From positions 40,050 through 104,049 of the forward strand of contig JAGWJP010000002.1 in assembly GCA_028865725.1 (NCBI GenBank): 64,000 nt of DNA, read 5' to 3'. A program made the translations under genes and the position numbers. The stretch comes from Patescibacteria group bacterium (GTDB lineage Bacteria > Patescibacteriota > Minisyncoccia > UBA6257 > JACRHW01). Below, in pieces: positions 28,618 through 40,751 of the stretch. The notes beneath the pieces are model-generated. The model had not been told where the DNA came from. It did not search any database and saw only the letters and a program-made list of their open reading frames with translations. Within the stretch, counting starts at the first letter, position 1, and every line of letters starts with the position of its first letter.

Positions 28618-31017
28618 TTACTGCTGTGATTCCTTAAGAATCTTATTCAATTGATTGCGCGTGAGAGGTCCTACCACTCCTACCTGCGGGATATTGTATT
28701 TTTTCTGAAAAGCTTGGACTCCCACCTGCGTGAGAGATCCAAAATATCCCGTAACCGGACCATGATATACCCCGATTATTTTTAGAAATAATTGCAAGCC
28801 TATCAATTCACTTCCCAATGAACCAATCTCCATATGACTACGGAAAACGGGAATGTACTGAAGAAGTGAAGATGTTGATGTTTCTGTCGGAACGGGTGCA
28901 GAAACGGTTGGTGTGGATGTCGAAGGAAAGAAGGAAGGCGCTTCTTCTTCGTAAAGATAGGGTTCCACAACGGCTTTCTGATAGGTAATGCGGTGTGAAA
29001 TAATACGTGAAGGAATATTGAGGCTTGAATAATATTGAACATATACATTATATGTTCCTTCTTTGTCAGGAAGAACGATAGTGCCAAACGGGCCATAGGG
29101 AAGGCGCGGTACATCAGTAAACTGTGGATCAAGCGATACTGCATACCACGAAACAAAATTCGGATCTGCGTTCAATGTAAGCGCAAGCACTCGCTCCGAA
29201 GTACTTGTAGCGCCATCATCAATCGCAAAATCAAGCGGAAGACGCACTCCTCCGCTCACCACTACTCCCTCCGGAGTAGCATAGGCTGCACCGCCTTTTG
29301 CGGATCCAAACAGTGCAAAAGTAGAAAATGAGGATGCGGTACAAGTTACTGTTCGTGCTGTCGTGTCGACCGCGCAGGAAGATAGCGGCGTCCACGCTCC
29401 CTCTGTATAGTGATAGATCGCGAGCGTATTTTCATTGACATTGAGAATATCACTTAACGAATATCCTAGTGTCACGGAAACGTTATGAGCAAATGAAGAG
29501 AGCTCGGTTTGCGAATCGGATAATGCCTTCAGATCATATGCATATGTTCCTATCGGCACCATATCTGTGGGAGTTGAAAGCGCGCTGAGTACCGTGGATT
29601 TCAAAAGCGCCTTGATTTGAAAATAATTGGACGTTCCCGCATAGCCTGATGGAACCGCGAGAGTAATGGTGGTTCCGCCGTGAGTGAGGCTTAATATGCC
29701 TCCTCCTGCGGTAATGGTTCCTAAGGATTGATTTTGTACCGATGCACCCCCCGCACACCCGGTGGTTGTAAATGTTCCATCTGTCCCCGTAGTGGTATTT
29801 CCCATCAAATCAGTCGAAACTACCTTATAGTGATAGGTGGTACACGCTACAAGATTTGAAATAGTTGCCGTATGAGACACGACACGCGGTGAAAGATCGA
29901 TTTCCGTCGTCGCCGCGCTGTAGGATGTGTCGGGACTGTAGGACACTTTGGTTGAAGAAAGCGAATCAGTCATCCACCCGATCGACACCGATGTCTGCGA
30001 CGGGGTTGCGTTCACCAATGAAATAACCGGCGCGGACGTCACAATCGAATATCCGCTTTGCGTCGCAGTTGCAGTATTTCCCGCATCATCAATCGCATTC
30101 ACAATAAGATCTCCGTCGGAATTGATACGAATCGTGCAGTCGACTGTCTTGCTATCCGTTTGCGTACAAACAAAATTACTCGTATCGACAGTAGACTGCG
30201 CATCAATAGATACCTGTGATGCACGCACGTCGTTATTGTCTGTCACATGAATCGTCGTATCGGTAATCGGAGCACCCGAAACTAATGTAGGCGCAGTAAT
30301 GATTACTACCGGTAGAATCGTATCAATCACGTATCCGCCTTCCACATCTTCGGTCATTGCCTTTGGACCGTTTACGGCATCAATTACTAAATTTCCGCTT
30401 GACGTGATGCGAATCGTGCAGTCGACGGTAGAGGTATCGGTCTGCGTACAAGAAAAATTGCTCGTGCCGGCAGTAGAAGAAGCGCTTACGGTTACGTTAG
30501 ACGCGGCCACTGAAACATCATCAGTAACACGAATCGTCGTATCGGTAATTGTAGAACTTGAAATCTTCGTTGGAGGAGTAATGTGAATTGAAGGACCGGG
30601 ATGCATAAGTATATAACCGCTTTGTGTCTGTGTCGCTGTATTATGCGCTGCATCAGTCGCATCAACAATAACATTTCCTGACGTATCTATTTCAATAGTG
30701 CAATCGACTGTCTTGCTGTCGGTCTGCACACAAACATAATGGTGTGTGAAAGCAGTACTCGATGCATCGACCAGTACATTTGCCGCAAAAATAGCATTGT
30801 CGTCCGTGACATGAATCGTGGTATCCGTAATATCATCGTTGGAATTTAATGTAGGCGCAGTAATCATAACCACAGGCGGCGTGGTATCAATCACGTATCC
30901 GCTTTGTATTTGGGTAAAACTGTTTCCTGCGTCATCCATTGCCTTCACTATCACATTTCCGCTTGACGTGATGCGAATCGTGCAGTCGACGGTGTAGAGG
31001 TATCGGTCTGCGTGCAA
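28618..31017 (-). CDS. giant repeat surface protein, C-terminal portion (Ig-like ~95-aa repeats, FN3-like domain, C-terminal peptidoglycan-binding domain); frame-shifted relative to upstream portion
   Basis: Continues the same ~95-aa repeat (TDTTIHVTDN...SNFSCTQTDTSTVDCTIRITSSGNLVI) as the ORF 30951..34253. Ends with a PG_binding_1-like segment (GVYHGPVTGYFGSLTQVGVQAFQKKYNIPQVGVVGPLTRNQL). Confidence 0.6.
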   Translation of the reverse strand: MHADRYLYTVDCTIRITSSGNVIVKAMDDAGNSFTQIQSGYVIDTTPPVVMITAPTLNSNDDITDTTIHVTDDNAIFAANVLVDASSTAFTHHYVCVQTDSKTVDCTIEIDTSGNVIVDATDAAHNTATQTQSGYILMHPGPSIHITPPTKISSSTITDTTIRVTDDVSVAASNVTVSASSTAGTSNFSCTQTDTSTVDCTIRITSSGNLVIDAVNGPKAMTEDVEGGYVIDTILPVVIITAPTLVSGAPITDTTIHVTDNNDVRASQVSIDAQSTVDTSNFVCTQTDSKTVDCTIRINSDGDLIVNAIDDAGNTATATQSGYSIVTSAPVISLVNATPSQTSVSIGWMTDSLSSTKVSYSPDTSYSAATTEIDLSPRVVSHTATISNLVACTTYHYKVVSTDLMGNTTTGTDGTFTTTGCAGGASVQNQSLGTITAGGGILSLTHGGTTITLAVPSGYAGTSNYFQIKALLKSTVLSALSTPTDMVPIGTYAYDLKALSDSQTELSSFAHNVSVTLGYSLSDILNVNENTLAIYHYTEGAWTPLSSCAVDTTARTVTCTASSFSTFALFGSAKGGAAYATPEGVVVSGGVRLPLDFAIDDGATSTSERVLALTLNADPNFVSWYAVSLDPQFTDVPRLPYGPFGTIVLPDKEGTYNVYVQYYSSLNIPSRIISHRITYQKAVVEPYLYEEEAPSFFPSTSTPTVSAPVPTETSTSSLLQYIPVFRSHMEIGSLGSELIGLQLFLKIIGVYHGPVTGYFGSLTQVGVQAFQKKYNIPQVGVVGPLTRNQLNKILKESQQ

Positions 31018-32330
31018 GAAAAATTGCTCGTGCCGGCGGTTGTGGAAGGATCCACAATGACGCTTGCCGCGCTTATTGCGTAATTATCCGTCACGTGAAT
31101 CGTCGTATCGGTGATAGCAGAACTTGAAGCTGTGGTCGGTGCTATGATTGCTATGCTTGGCGGCGCAGTCTCGATCACATAATGATCCTGATTTTCTTGC
31201 GCACTGTTTGAAACGCTATCCGTCGCCTTGATTACTAAATTTCCGCTTGACGTGATGCGAATCGTGCAGTCGACGGTAGAGGTATCGGTCTGCGTGCAAG
31301 AAAAATTGCTCGTGCCGGCGGTTGTGGAAGGATCCACAATGACGCTTGCTGCGCTTATTGCGTAATTATCCGTCACGTGAATCGTCGTATCGGTGATAGC
31401 AGTATTAGAGACCTTCGTACTCGGCGTAATAGTAATTATCGGAGGAACTCCTTCAATTACGTAATCATTTTCTGACTGGCTTGAAGTATTTCCAAGCAAG
31501 TCTGATGCCTTAATCGTCACATTTCCGCTTGAAAGCACATCGATTGAGCAATCAACGGTTTTGCTGTTGGTTTGGCTGCAGAGAAAACTCCCTACACTTG
31601 CCGTCGTAGAGGTACTAAGTGTCACATCGCTCGAAGATAATCCGCTATTATCGGTAATATGAATGAATGTATCCGAAATCGTATCGCGACTTGACTTTGT
31701 CGGTGCCGTAATCGTAATCGACGGAGGAATCGCATCGATCACATATCCGCTTTTGGTTTCTGTTGCCGCATTTCCCGCATTATCCGTCGCCTTGATTACT
31801 AAATTTCCGCTTGACGTGATGCGAATCGTGCAGTCGACGGTAGAGGTATCGGTCTGCGTGCAAGAAAAATTGCTCGTGCCGGCGGTTGTAGAAGGATCCA
31901 CAATCACATTCATCACATTGATGCCGGAATTCAAGGTCGGCAAATCGAGCACATGAATTGTGGTATCAATTATAGTTGCAGTGGAGCTTGTCGTCGGTGC
32001 TGTAATCGTAATCGACGGAGGTGTTGTTTCGATGCGATACCCTGTTTCGGTAGCTGTATTTACATTACCACTTTCATCGGTTCCTTTAATGACAAGATAC
32101 CCACTTGAAGTAATATGAATCGTACAGTCGACAACTCCGATACTTGTCTGCGTACAAGAAAAATTGCTCGTGCCGGCAGTTGTGGAAGGATCCACAATCA
32201 CATTTGAAACAAGAATATGCGTATTTACCACGTGGACGGTCGTATCAGTAATCGCAGTTGTAGAAATCTTTGTAGGAGCCGTAATGGTAATTGCAGGAGG
32301 CGTCGTATCAATCACCTGGAGCGTACTTGA
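30030..32330. repeat. array of ~9 near-identical ~285-bp direct repeats inside the giant surface-protein gene
   Basis: The same long strings (e.g. gtgatgcgaatcgtgcagtcgacggtagaggtatcggtctgcgt...aaaaattgctcgtgccggc) recur at ~30404, 30961, 31248, 31806 and 32150. Confidence 0.7.
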
Positions 32331-34079
32331 ATTCGATGTTCCGCCTCCTGGGGTAGATGTAAATACTGTAATAACATGTGTTCCTGAAACAGCAATATAC
32401 GAGGAAGGGATCGCAGCTTCAAGATGATGAGTGTTCACATACGTGGTCGTCAGCGTATCTCCGTCGATCTTTACTATCGAGCTTGTTGCATAGCCTGTTC
32501 CATCCACATCGAGGGTAAACGATAAACTTCCCGCTTCAATAGTTGACGGGGAGATGGAGGAAATCGTTGGAGTCGGATTATTTATAGTAAACATCCTCAA
32601 TCCCGATGTCCCACCCCCGGGAGTAGGATTAAAAACGCTTATGCTTTTTGTTCCCGCCGCAAGCAAACTGCTTGAGGCAACTGTTGCAGTCAGTTGTGTC
32701 GAATTCACATATGCAGTGCCCAGATCAGTTCCATCAAGACGTACGATAGAACCAGAAACAAAATTAGTTCCTGTAAGAGTGATTGTTGTATTACCATCAC
32801 CAACCGTTGCCGAGTCTGGCAACACCGTTGTAAAGACAGGGACAGGATTATTTACGATAAATTCCTGAGCATTTGACTGTCCGCCCCCTGGGGTTGGATT
32901 TAGCACAGTTACATTAAACGTCCCTGCGAGTTCAAGAAACGATGCAGAAACAGTTGCAGTAAGTTGGGTGCCTGTCACATAGGTAGTAGGAAGCGCATTG
33001 CCTTCAAAATATGCCGTAGAACTCGCATTGAAATTTGTTCCAATAAGTGTCAGCGTAAACGTACTATCTCCCGCATTTTTAGAAGGAGGAGAAATACTAG
33101 AAAGAGAAGGAACTGGATTAGCAACCGTTACGGTCGGAGATGTGGCAAGAGCAACTTCTGTCCCTGCTGCATTGATACGTGTTTTTGTAAGAAACGTGCT
33201 TTTTCGTCCCGTCCGTGGCGCGAGCGCCCCGCTTGCTCCTCCTCCCGACCCATAGGTAAACACAACCGTCTGTCCACCAGTAAGGCTCAATAGATTAACT
33301 CTTACTACATTATCTCCAGGAAATGTTGCGACGCCTGGACCAATCATAATATCGTCAACAAATATGTTAACATGATCGAGTGCTGAATTATGAGCAATAC
33401 GAAACCCATAACTTGCAATTGATGTCCGTGTTCCGGTAAGCGCAAGCGTTTCATAAGTCCAGGTATTAGCAGACAACGCAGGGATGTTTAGTATTGCGAC
33501 GGGGCTCGCGAGATTATTATTGTCGTCATATGCAAACTGAAGCCGATTTGCGGCAACTGCCGCACTCGTGCGAATCCAAAACCCTATCGTCGTATATCCA
33601 GACCAATTCTGCGTACTAATGTTTTTATAAAAAACATTACCGGTTGATTCATTACCATTTTGACACTCAATCGATGCAGTTCCTTCATAATACGTTGCAG
33701 TTGATGTATCGAGCCCATTAGTACAGGCCGTTCCCGCAGACCAACCCAAACTCGAATCCGCCGTATCTAGTATGGTTGCTATCATTCCCGCGCCCGAGGT
33801 CACTGTCGTATACCCTGCTGTTCCACTAGTAGATGTAGGCGTACTCCAATCAGATGGTATTGTAACCGCGACATCACCACTACTCATTGTTTCCGCCGCC
33901 GTAAACGTAAAAACAAGCGCATTACCTGTGGTGCTGGCAATCACTGTTGAAGGCGTTACACTATTTGTTCCTGAACCATCGGATGCACGTGCAAATCTTT
34001 GAATCCACCCCAACCACCCCACTGCTCCTATTACCATCATTACGCCTATGGAAAAAAGTATAAAAAACTTTTTCTGCAT
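30951..34079 (-). CDS. giant repeat surface protein, N-terminal portion (signal peptide, 3 IPT/TIG-like repeats, 5 Ig-like ~95-aa repeats); interrupted by a 2-nt frameshift near 30993
   Basis: Start at MQKKFFILF (34079) with signal peptide/TM; repeats of the NPxPxISSISP...TTYV...NPTPGGGxS type, then ~95-aa repeats. Reading frame is lost at ggtGTagagg (30991-31000) compared with other copies (ggtagagg). Confidence 0.6.
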   Translation of the reverse strand: MQKKFFILFSIGVMMVIGAVGWLGWIQRFARASDGSGTNSVTPSTVIASTTGNALVFTFTAAETMSSGDVAVTIPSDWSTPTSTSGTAGYTTVTSGAGMIATILDTADSSLGWSAGTACTNGLDTSTATYYEGTASIECQNGNESTGNVFYKNISTQNWSGYTTIGFWIRTSAAVAANRLQFAYDDNNNLASPVAILNIPALSANTWTYETLALTGTRTSIASYGFRIAHNSALDHVNIFVDDIMIGPGVATFPGDNVVRVNLLSLTGGQTVVFTYGSGGGASGALAPRTGRKSTFLTKTRINAAGTEVALATSPTVTVANPVPSLSSISPPSKNAGDSTFTLTLIGTNFNASSTAYFEGNALPTTYVTGTQLTATVSASFLELAGTFNVTVLNPTPGGGQSNAQEFIVNNPVPVFTTVLPDSATVGDGNTTITLTGTNFVSGSIVRLDGTDLGTAYVNSTQLTATVASSSLLAAGTKSISVFNPTPGGGTSGLRMFTINNPTPTISSISPSTIEAGSLSFTLDVDGTGYATSSIVKIDGDTLTTTYVNTHHLEAAIPSSYIAVSGTHVITVFTSTPGGGTSNSSTLQVIDTTPPAITITAPTKISTTAITDTTVHVVNTHILVSNVIVDPSTTAGTSNFSCTQTSIGVVDCTIHITSSGYLVIKGTDESGNVNTATETGYRIETTPPSITITAPTTSSTATIIDTTIHVLDLPTLNSGINVMNVIVDPSTTAGTSNFSCTQTDTSTVDCTIRITSSGNLVIKATDNAGNAATETKSGYVIDAIPPSITITAPTKSSRDTISDTFIHITDNSGLSSSDVTLSTSTTASVGSFLCSQTNSKTVDCSIDVLSSGNVTIKASDLLGNTSSQSENDYVIEGVPPIITITPSTKVSNTAITDTTIHVTDNYAISAASVIVDPSTTAGTSNFSCTQTDTSTVDCTIRITSSGNLVIKATDSVSNSAQENQDHYVIETAPPSIAIIAPTTASSSAITDTTIHVTDNYAISAASVIVDPSTTAGTSNFSCTQTDTSTPSTARFASRQAEM

Positions 34080-34365
34080 TTTCAAAAGAAAAAAAACGCA
34101 CATTATAATCGCCTTTATAATACAACCATCCACATATTTCGTCACTGTGCATATTTTGCACAAATAACCTTCCCCGAGCGGGGCAGCCTCGGGGTATACC
34201 TTGATCCCCTTCGGCACAAGGAATACACCTGTCGCGCGCCCCTTCGGGCGCATGGTATGCGACCAGTCAAGTTTTTTAGATCACTCGCTTCGCTCAGGGC
34301 TTCTGATTCATCCCCCGCCCTTACGGGCGGGAGATTCTCCTCAGGTCTAATAAACTTCTACCGGA

Positions 34366-34385
34366 GTCCACTCGAGATTTCTGAA
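34366..34385. repeat. direct repeat copy 2 (gtccactcgagatttctgaa)
   Basis: 19/20 identity with 27920..27939, which overlaps the tRNA-Ala 3' end. Confidence 0.7.
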
Positions 34386-34412
34386 AATAAAAACACACCG
34401 CGAGGGGTGTGT
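34381..34412 (-). terminator. Rho-independent terminator for the 34426..34935 gene
   Basis: On the minus strand: acacacc-cctcgc-ggtgtgt followed by ttttattttc. Confidence 0.55.
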
Positions 34413-34425
34413 ACGTGGCATCTCT

Positions 34426-34935
34426 CTAAGTCTCTTCTACCATCTCAATGCAGCCTGATTTTTTGAGCATGTCGTTCATGACCTCAGGAAGCGTCGGGCA
34501 ATGTCCTGCGCGCATTTCATCATTCAATATTCTAAAGTATCGATGCATATGCACAAAAGATTTCGGGGGGAAAGAAATAACCTTATCAGAAACACTTTCA
34601 AAAGAATTCCGAACTTCTTCTATGATTGCTGGCAACCCTGGAAACTCGCGCTGTCGTTTTTCACTTTTGAGAATGATCTTTCCTGAAAAATCTTTGTAAA
34701 TAGCCACTAATGTACCGGTCCCTACAACTTCCCCGGTCTCTTGTTCCACAAACTCGCACACAGTGTACTGTAATGCGGAATTAAGACCGGAACTTACCTC
34801 AAGATGATAATAGATGCGCCGCCTGAGATCTTCTGAAGTTGCGATGTGTACAAAACATGCCTGCAGTGCATCTGATGGATGCAGGCGAGCACACATCTTT
34901 GTGCCATTTGTGGCTTCCATTGCCGTGGATACCAA
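34426..34935 (-). CDS. hypothetical protein (169 aa)
   Basis: Uninterrupted ORF with its own terminator; no family recognised. Confidence 0.45.
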   Translation of the reverse strand: MVSTAMEATNGTKMCARLHPSDALQACFVHIATSEDLRRRIYYHLEVSSGLNSALQYTVCEFVEQETGEVVGTGTLVAIYKDFSGKIILKSEKRQREFPGLPAIIEEVRNSFESVSDKVISFPPKSFVHMHRYFRILNDEMRAGHCPTLPEVMNDMLKKSGCIEMVEET

Positions 34936-35057
34936 CCTCCTTTCACTATAGAAATCTTGTCACAATTACCGTATTCATGTCAAGAATATGGATCAAACGT
35001 ATGAGTGCACCCGCATCACGCCAGTCATACAAATACCACCCCATGGGGCGGTATTAT

Positions 35058-36140
35058 TTATGATTTCCGAGATGTGCGTGGAGGCTTTTGGTACAAAAAC
35101 TTAAGAGCGAGAGTTTTATTGGGCGGTGCATACTCCCCCGTCCAAAGACCAAGAAAGGTCGCACCGTCAAAAAGTGACTTGTCATAACCGAAACCATAAA
35201 ATACTTCTCGAGATGCTTTGCGATCATGATCGACAATAAGGCAGACGCAAGTTCCTCCTCGATTCGGCACGCGTGTCACCACCATCTCGAGGATATCAGG
35301 CGTCCATTCAGTCGCATCCCTATTACGCCGCAAGATGGGCACGCGCACATGAGCGGGAAGCGGCAAATCACGCAACGTTCGCGCGCGAATCATATCCCCC
35401 GCCTTAAATATTTTCGGTATATGTTCTTTCTTCTCACGCGGAGCCTTTTTTGCCGGCATATCCCCAAGGCCGCGTTCCTCGAGCATGCGACATAAGCATT
35501 CCAGAAACCTTACATTACGGTCGGCACGCGTCGCTTTGAATTGCACATCGCTCTCGATATATTCAAAATCGAAATCCTCTTCGCAAGCCTCCTCTCCTGC
35601 ATGCGCATAAGAAACAAAAATATGACCATACAGACACTCCTCGCTTACAAGCACGCGGCAAAATGCCTCGACCTCCCGCTCCCTCCACCCTTGCAGCGCA
35701 CTAAACATGCCTGCTCCATAATAAGACGCCCCTCGCTGCTTCCCGATTCCACGCAAAAATCGCATAAACGCAGAACGGCCCCATGATCGCGGCGCTTCAG
35801 AAAATGCTTTAAGAAACGTATGCGCATCGCGGCGAGCCTCAGGCGTATCATATTGAACACATAATGCATACACATATTCAGCCTCCGCAAACACGGAACG
35901 GAAGTCAATGTATTTACGCGCACGTGATCCGAAAAAGATAATAAGAGCGTTCAAGAATTCCTCCGCACGCGCCTCAACGCGCGCGATGGTTTCTTTCTTT
36001 TCTGCCTCCTCGCAAGCCTGCAGCTCTCCCCAATACGCATCAAAACTATGGTATACATTCTGCTGCCATTGCTCTTCTATTCTATCGCGCTGCGCTCTAT
36101 ATGCAGCTTCTTCTTCTTCAGTAAAGAGCGGGATACTCAT
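35058..36140 (-). CDS. hypothetical acidic protein (360 aa), GC-richer than surroundings
   Basis: Long ORF, ~53% GC by eye against a ~45% background; no family recognised. Confidence 0.5.
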   Translation of the reverse strand: MSIPLFTEEEEAAYRAQRDRIEEQWQQNVYHSFDAYWGELQACEEAEKKETIARVEARAEEFLNALIIFFGSRARKYIDFRSVFAEAEYVYALCVQYDTPEARRDAHTFLKAFSEAPRSWGRSAFMRFLRGIGKQRGASYYGAGMFSALQGWREREVEAFCRVLVSEECLYGHIFVSYAHAGEEACEEDFDFEYIESDVQFKATRADRNVRFLECLCRMLEERGLGDMPAKKAPREKKEHIPKIFKAGDMIRARTLRDLPLPAHVRVPILRRNRDATEWTPDILEMVVTRVPNRGGTCVCLIVDHDRKASREVFYGFGYDKSLFDGATFLGLWTGEYAPPNKTLALKFLYQKPPRTSRKS

Positions 36141-36220
36141 ATTCCCGTCCTCCCTCTCTTGTCAATGAGCCTTGCCAGTTATATCATAATCCTCTCATTA
36201 CACGCAAATTTCTCTTCACG

Positions 36221-38671
<2,451 letters not shown>

Positions 38672-38678
<7 letters not shown>

Positions 38679-40153
38679 GTAGGAAAAAATTCATGAATAA
38701 AATCATCGGCAGAATAACGAATCATGGCGATCGCTTTTTCTGTTAATCCATTCCGGGTGATTTCGGCAACCATGTCAGCATAACGAATCGGTATCATCTC
38801 TGGAAATACGCGAACCATATCCGTCCATTTTTCTTCCTCAAGATCATCAAAATATCCCCGTGTGATAGCACAAAATAATATCACCTGCACCACCCAAGAA
38901 ACGCCTGTATGTTTATCTTGTTTCAATGCAGCAAGTAACAGCGCACCCCGTTTAATCTCTTGCTCGGCCTTGGTACTGACATTTGTTTCCAATTGAGATA
39001 ATTTACGCAATTCTTTGTATTGTGCAATCGCGAGACGCATTCCCCCCACCACCGCACTTAATGCCTTTTGCTGCGCTTGAGACCCGACGCGTGAAACAGA
39101 AAGCCCAATGTCTACTGCGGGGATAAATCCTTTTTGAAATAATCCACGATTCAAATAAATCTGGCCATCAGTAATGGAAATGATATTAGTAGGAATAAAA
39201 GAGGTGATATCATCCTCTTGCGTTTCGATGATAGGGAGTGCAGTAAGCGAGCCGCCTCCATTTTTTTTTGCAAGTTGCGCCGCGCGTTCTAACAATGTGG
39301 CATGCAACGAAAAAATATCACCAGGATATGCTTCTCTTCCTGGGGCACGTTCAAGAAGAAGAGATATGCTCCGATACGTTCGCGCATGTTTAGAAAGATC
39401 ATCATACACGACAAGCGCATCTTTGCCTTGGTTGCGAAAATATTCTCCTATCGCACATCCGACGAACGGAGCAAGATATTGTGCAGCAAAAGAATCTCCC
39501 GCAGTGGCGGCCACAATAACCGAATATAACATTGCACCTCTGTGTTCAAACAGGGTCGCAAGTTCTTGGAGCTGCTCTTCCTTTTGACCGCATACCACGT
39601 ACACACAATACACAGAAGGTGTAGCATGTTTTTGGTGGAGAACTGTGTCGATGGCAAGCGTGCTCTTTCCCAACTTCCTATCCCCGATAATAAGCTCACG
39701 CTGCCCCCTGCCAAGAGGTAAAATAGAATCAATCATTTTTATTCCGGTCGAGAGAGGTACCGAGACAGGTTCTCGATCAATAATGGAGGGTGCCCCTGCA
39801 AATACAGCGATCGTGTTTCCTGCGATATCTTGAAGCCCATCACGCGGCATTCCGAGTCCGTTCAATACCCTCCCCACACACGCATCGGACAAAGAAAGTG
39901 AAAATAGTTTCCCGCTACGCATTACCGAATTGGCCGCATCAAAACGATCATCAAAAAACAGCGCTTCCACATGATGTTCATTAAACCCAATCACAATGGC
40001 TACTGCGTTCTCTTTTTCATCAAGAAGTACTTCATGTAAAAATACATGCGGCAGTCCTTCAATTTTTGCAACTCCAGAAAAAAAGGAAACAATATGTCCT
40101 TGTTCGTGAACCATTTTATTTCTTGTGGTGTTCTGCATTTTCAATTTCCGCAA
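38672..40153 (-). CDS. atpA: F-type ATP synthase alpha subunit
   Basis: GDRKLGKST P-loop; 493 aa. True start probably an internal Met (MQNTT or MVHEQG). Confidence 0.9.
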
Positions 40154-40499
40154 GACGAGTGCGTGCTTGTTCTAAGATTGCTCCCCTTTCCGCCTCCGTC
40201 TCCAAATACGCCTGTTCTTTGATTTTTCGCGCAGCTTCTTCTGCTTCTTCTACAATACCTCGCGCATGCTCTTTGAGTGCTTGCGCTTCCTTTTGCTGCT
40301 CTGCGGCAAATGCTTGCTTGTCTTGATTTAATTTATCGGACAATTCATTTATTTTTTTTAATGTCTCGTCATCTTTCTCAATCCGAGCAATAAGCGGTTT
40401 GTACACAAAGAATGCAAGCACCCACACAAGAAGCCCGAAATTGATAATCTGAGCCAATAATAATTTCATGTCGATACCAAGACTTCCTAATAATTTCAT
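40116..40499 (-). CDS. atpF: F-type ATP synthase subunit b
   Basis: 127 aa; N-terminal TM helix followed by a charged coiled-coil stalk. Confidence 0.7.
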   Translation of the reverse strand: MKLLGSLGIDMKLLLAQIINFGLLVWVLAFFVYKPLIARIEKDDETLKKINELSDKLNQDKQAFAAEQQKEAQALKEHARGIVEEAEEAARKIKEQAYLETEAERGAILEQARTRLAEIENAEHHKK

Positions 40500-40520
40500 A
40501 CTCGGAACATTCGCTTAAAA

Positions 40521-40736
40521 TTATTTTACAAATTTAAGAATTAAGGCGGTCACCAACGCGTAGATGGCGATAGCCTCTGCAAATGCAATAGCAATAATCA
40601 TCGATACCTGAATTCTATCAGAATTATCAGGGTTGCGCGCCATTCCCATAAGCGCGGCAGCGCCGATTATGCCAATGGCAAGCGCGGGACCAACAGTTCC
40701 TATAGCCATGACAAATGCTGATGGATCTTGATTCAT
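40521..40736 (-). CDS. atpE: F-type ATP synthase subunit c
   Basis: 71-aa two-helix proteolipid with conserved carboxylate in helix 2 (IAIAFAEAIAIYAL). Confidence 0.85.
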   Translation of the reverse strand: MNQDPSAFVMAIGTVGPALAIGIIGAAALMGMARNPDNSDRIQVSMIIAIAFAEAIAIYALVTALILKFVK

Positions 40737-40751
40737 AATCGTAGTGTTATA

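Larger units (their letters stand above)
27925..34385. mobile_element. putative integrated islet (degraded, no integrase) at tRNA-Ala bounded by ~20-bp direct repeats
   Basis: tRNA 3'-end duplication flanking 6.5 kb. Cargo is an AT-rich orphan ORF plus the giant repeat adhesin-like gene. No recombinase ORF is visible. Confidence 0.35.
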
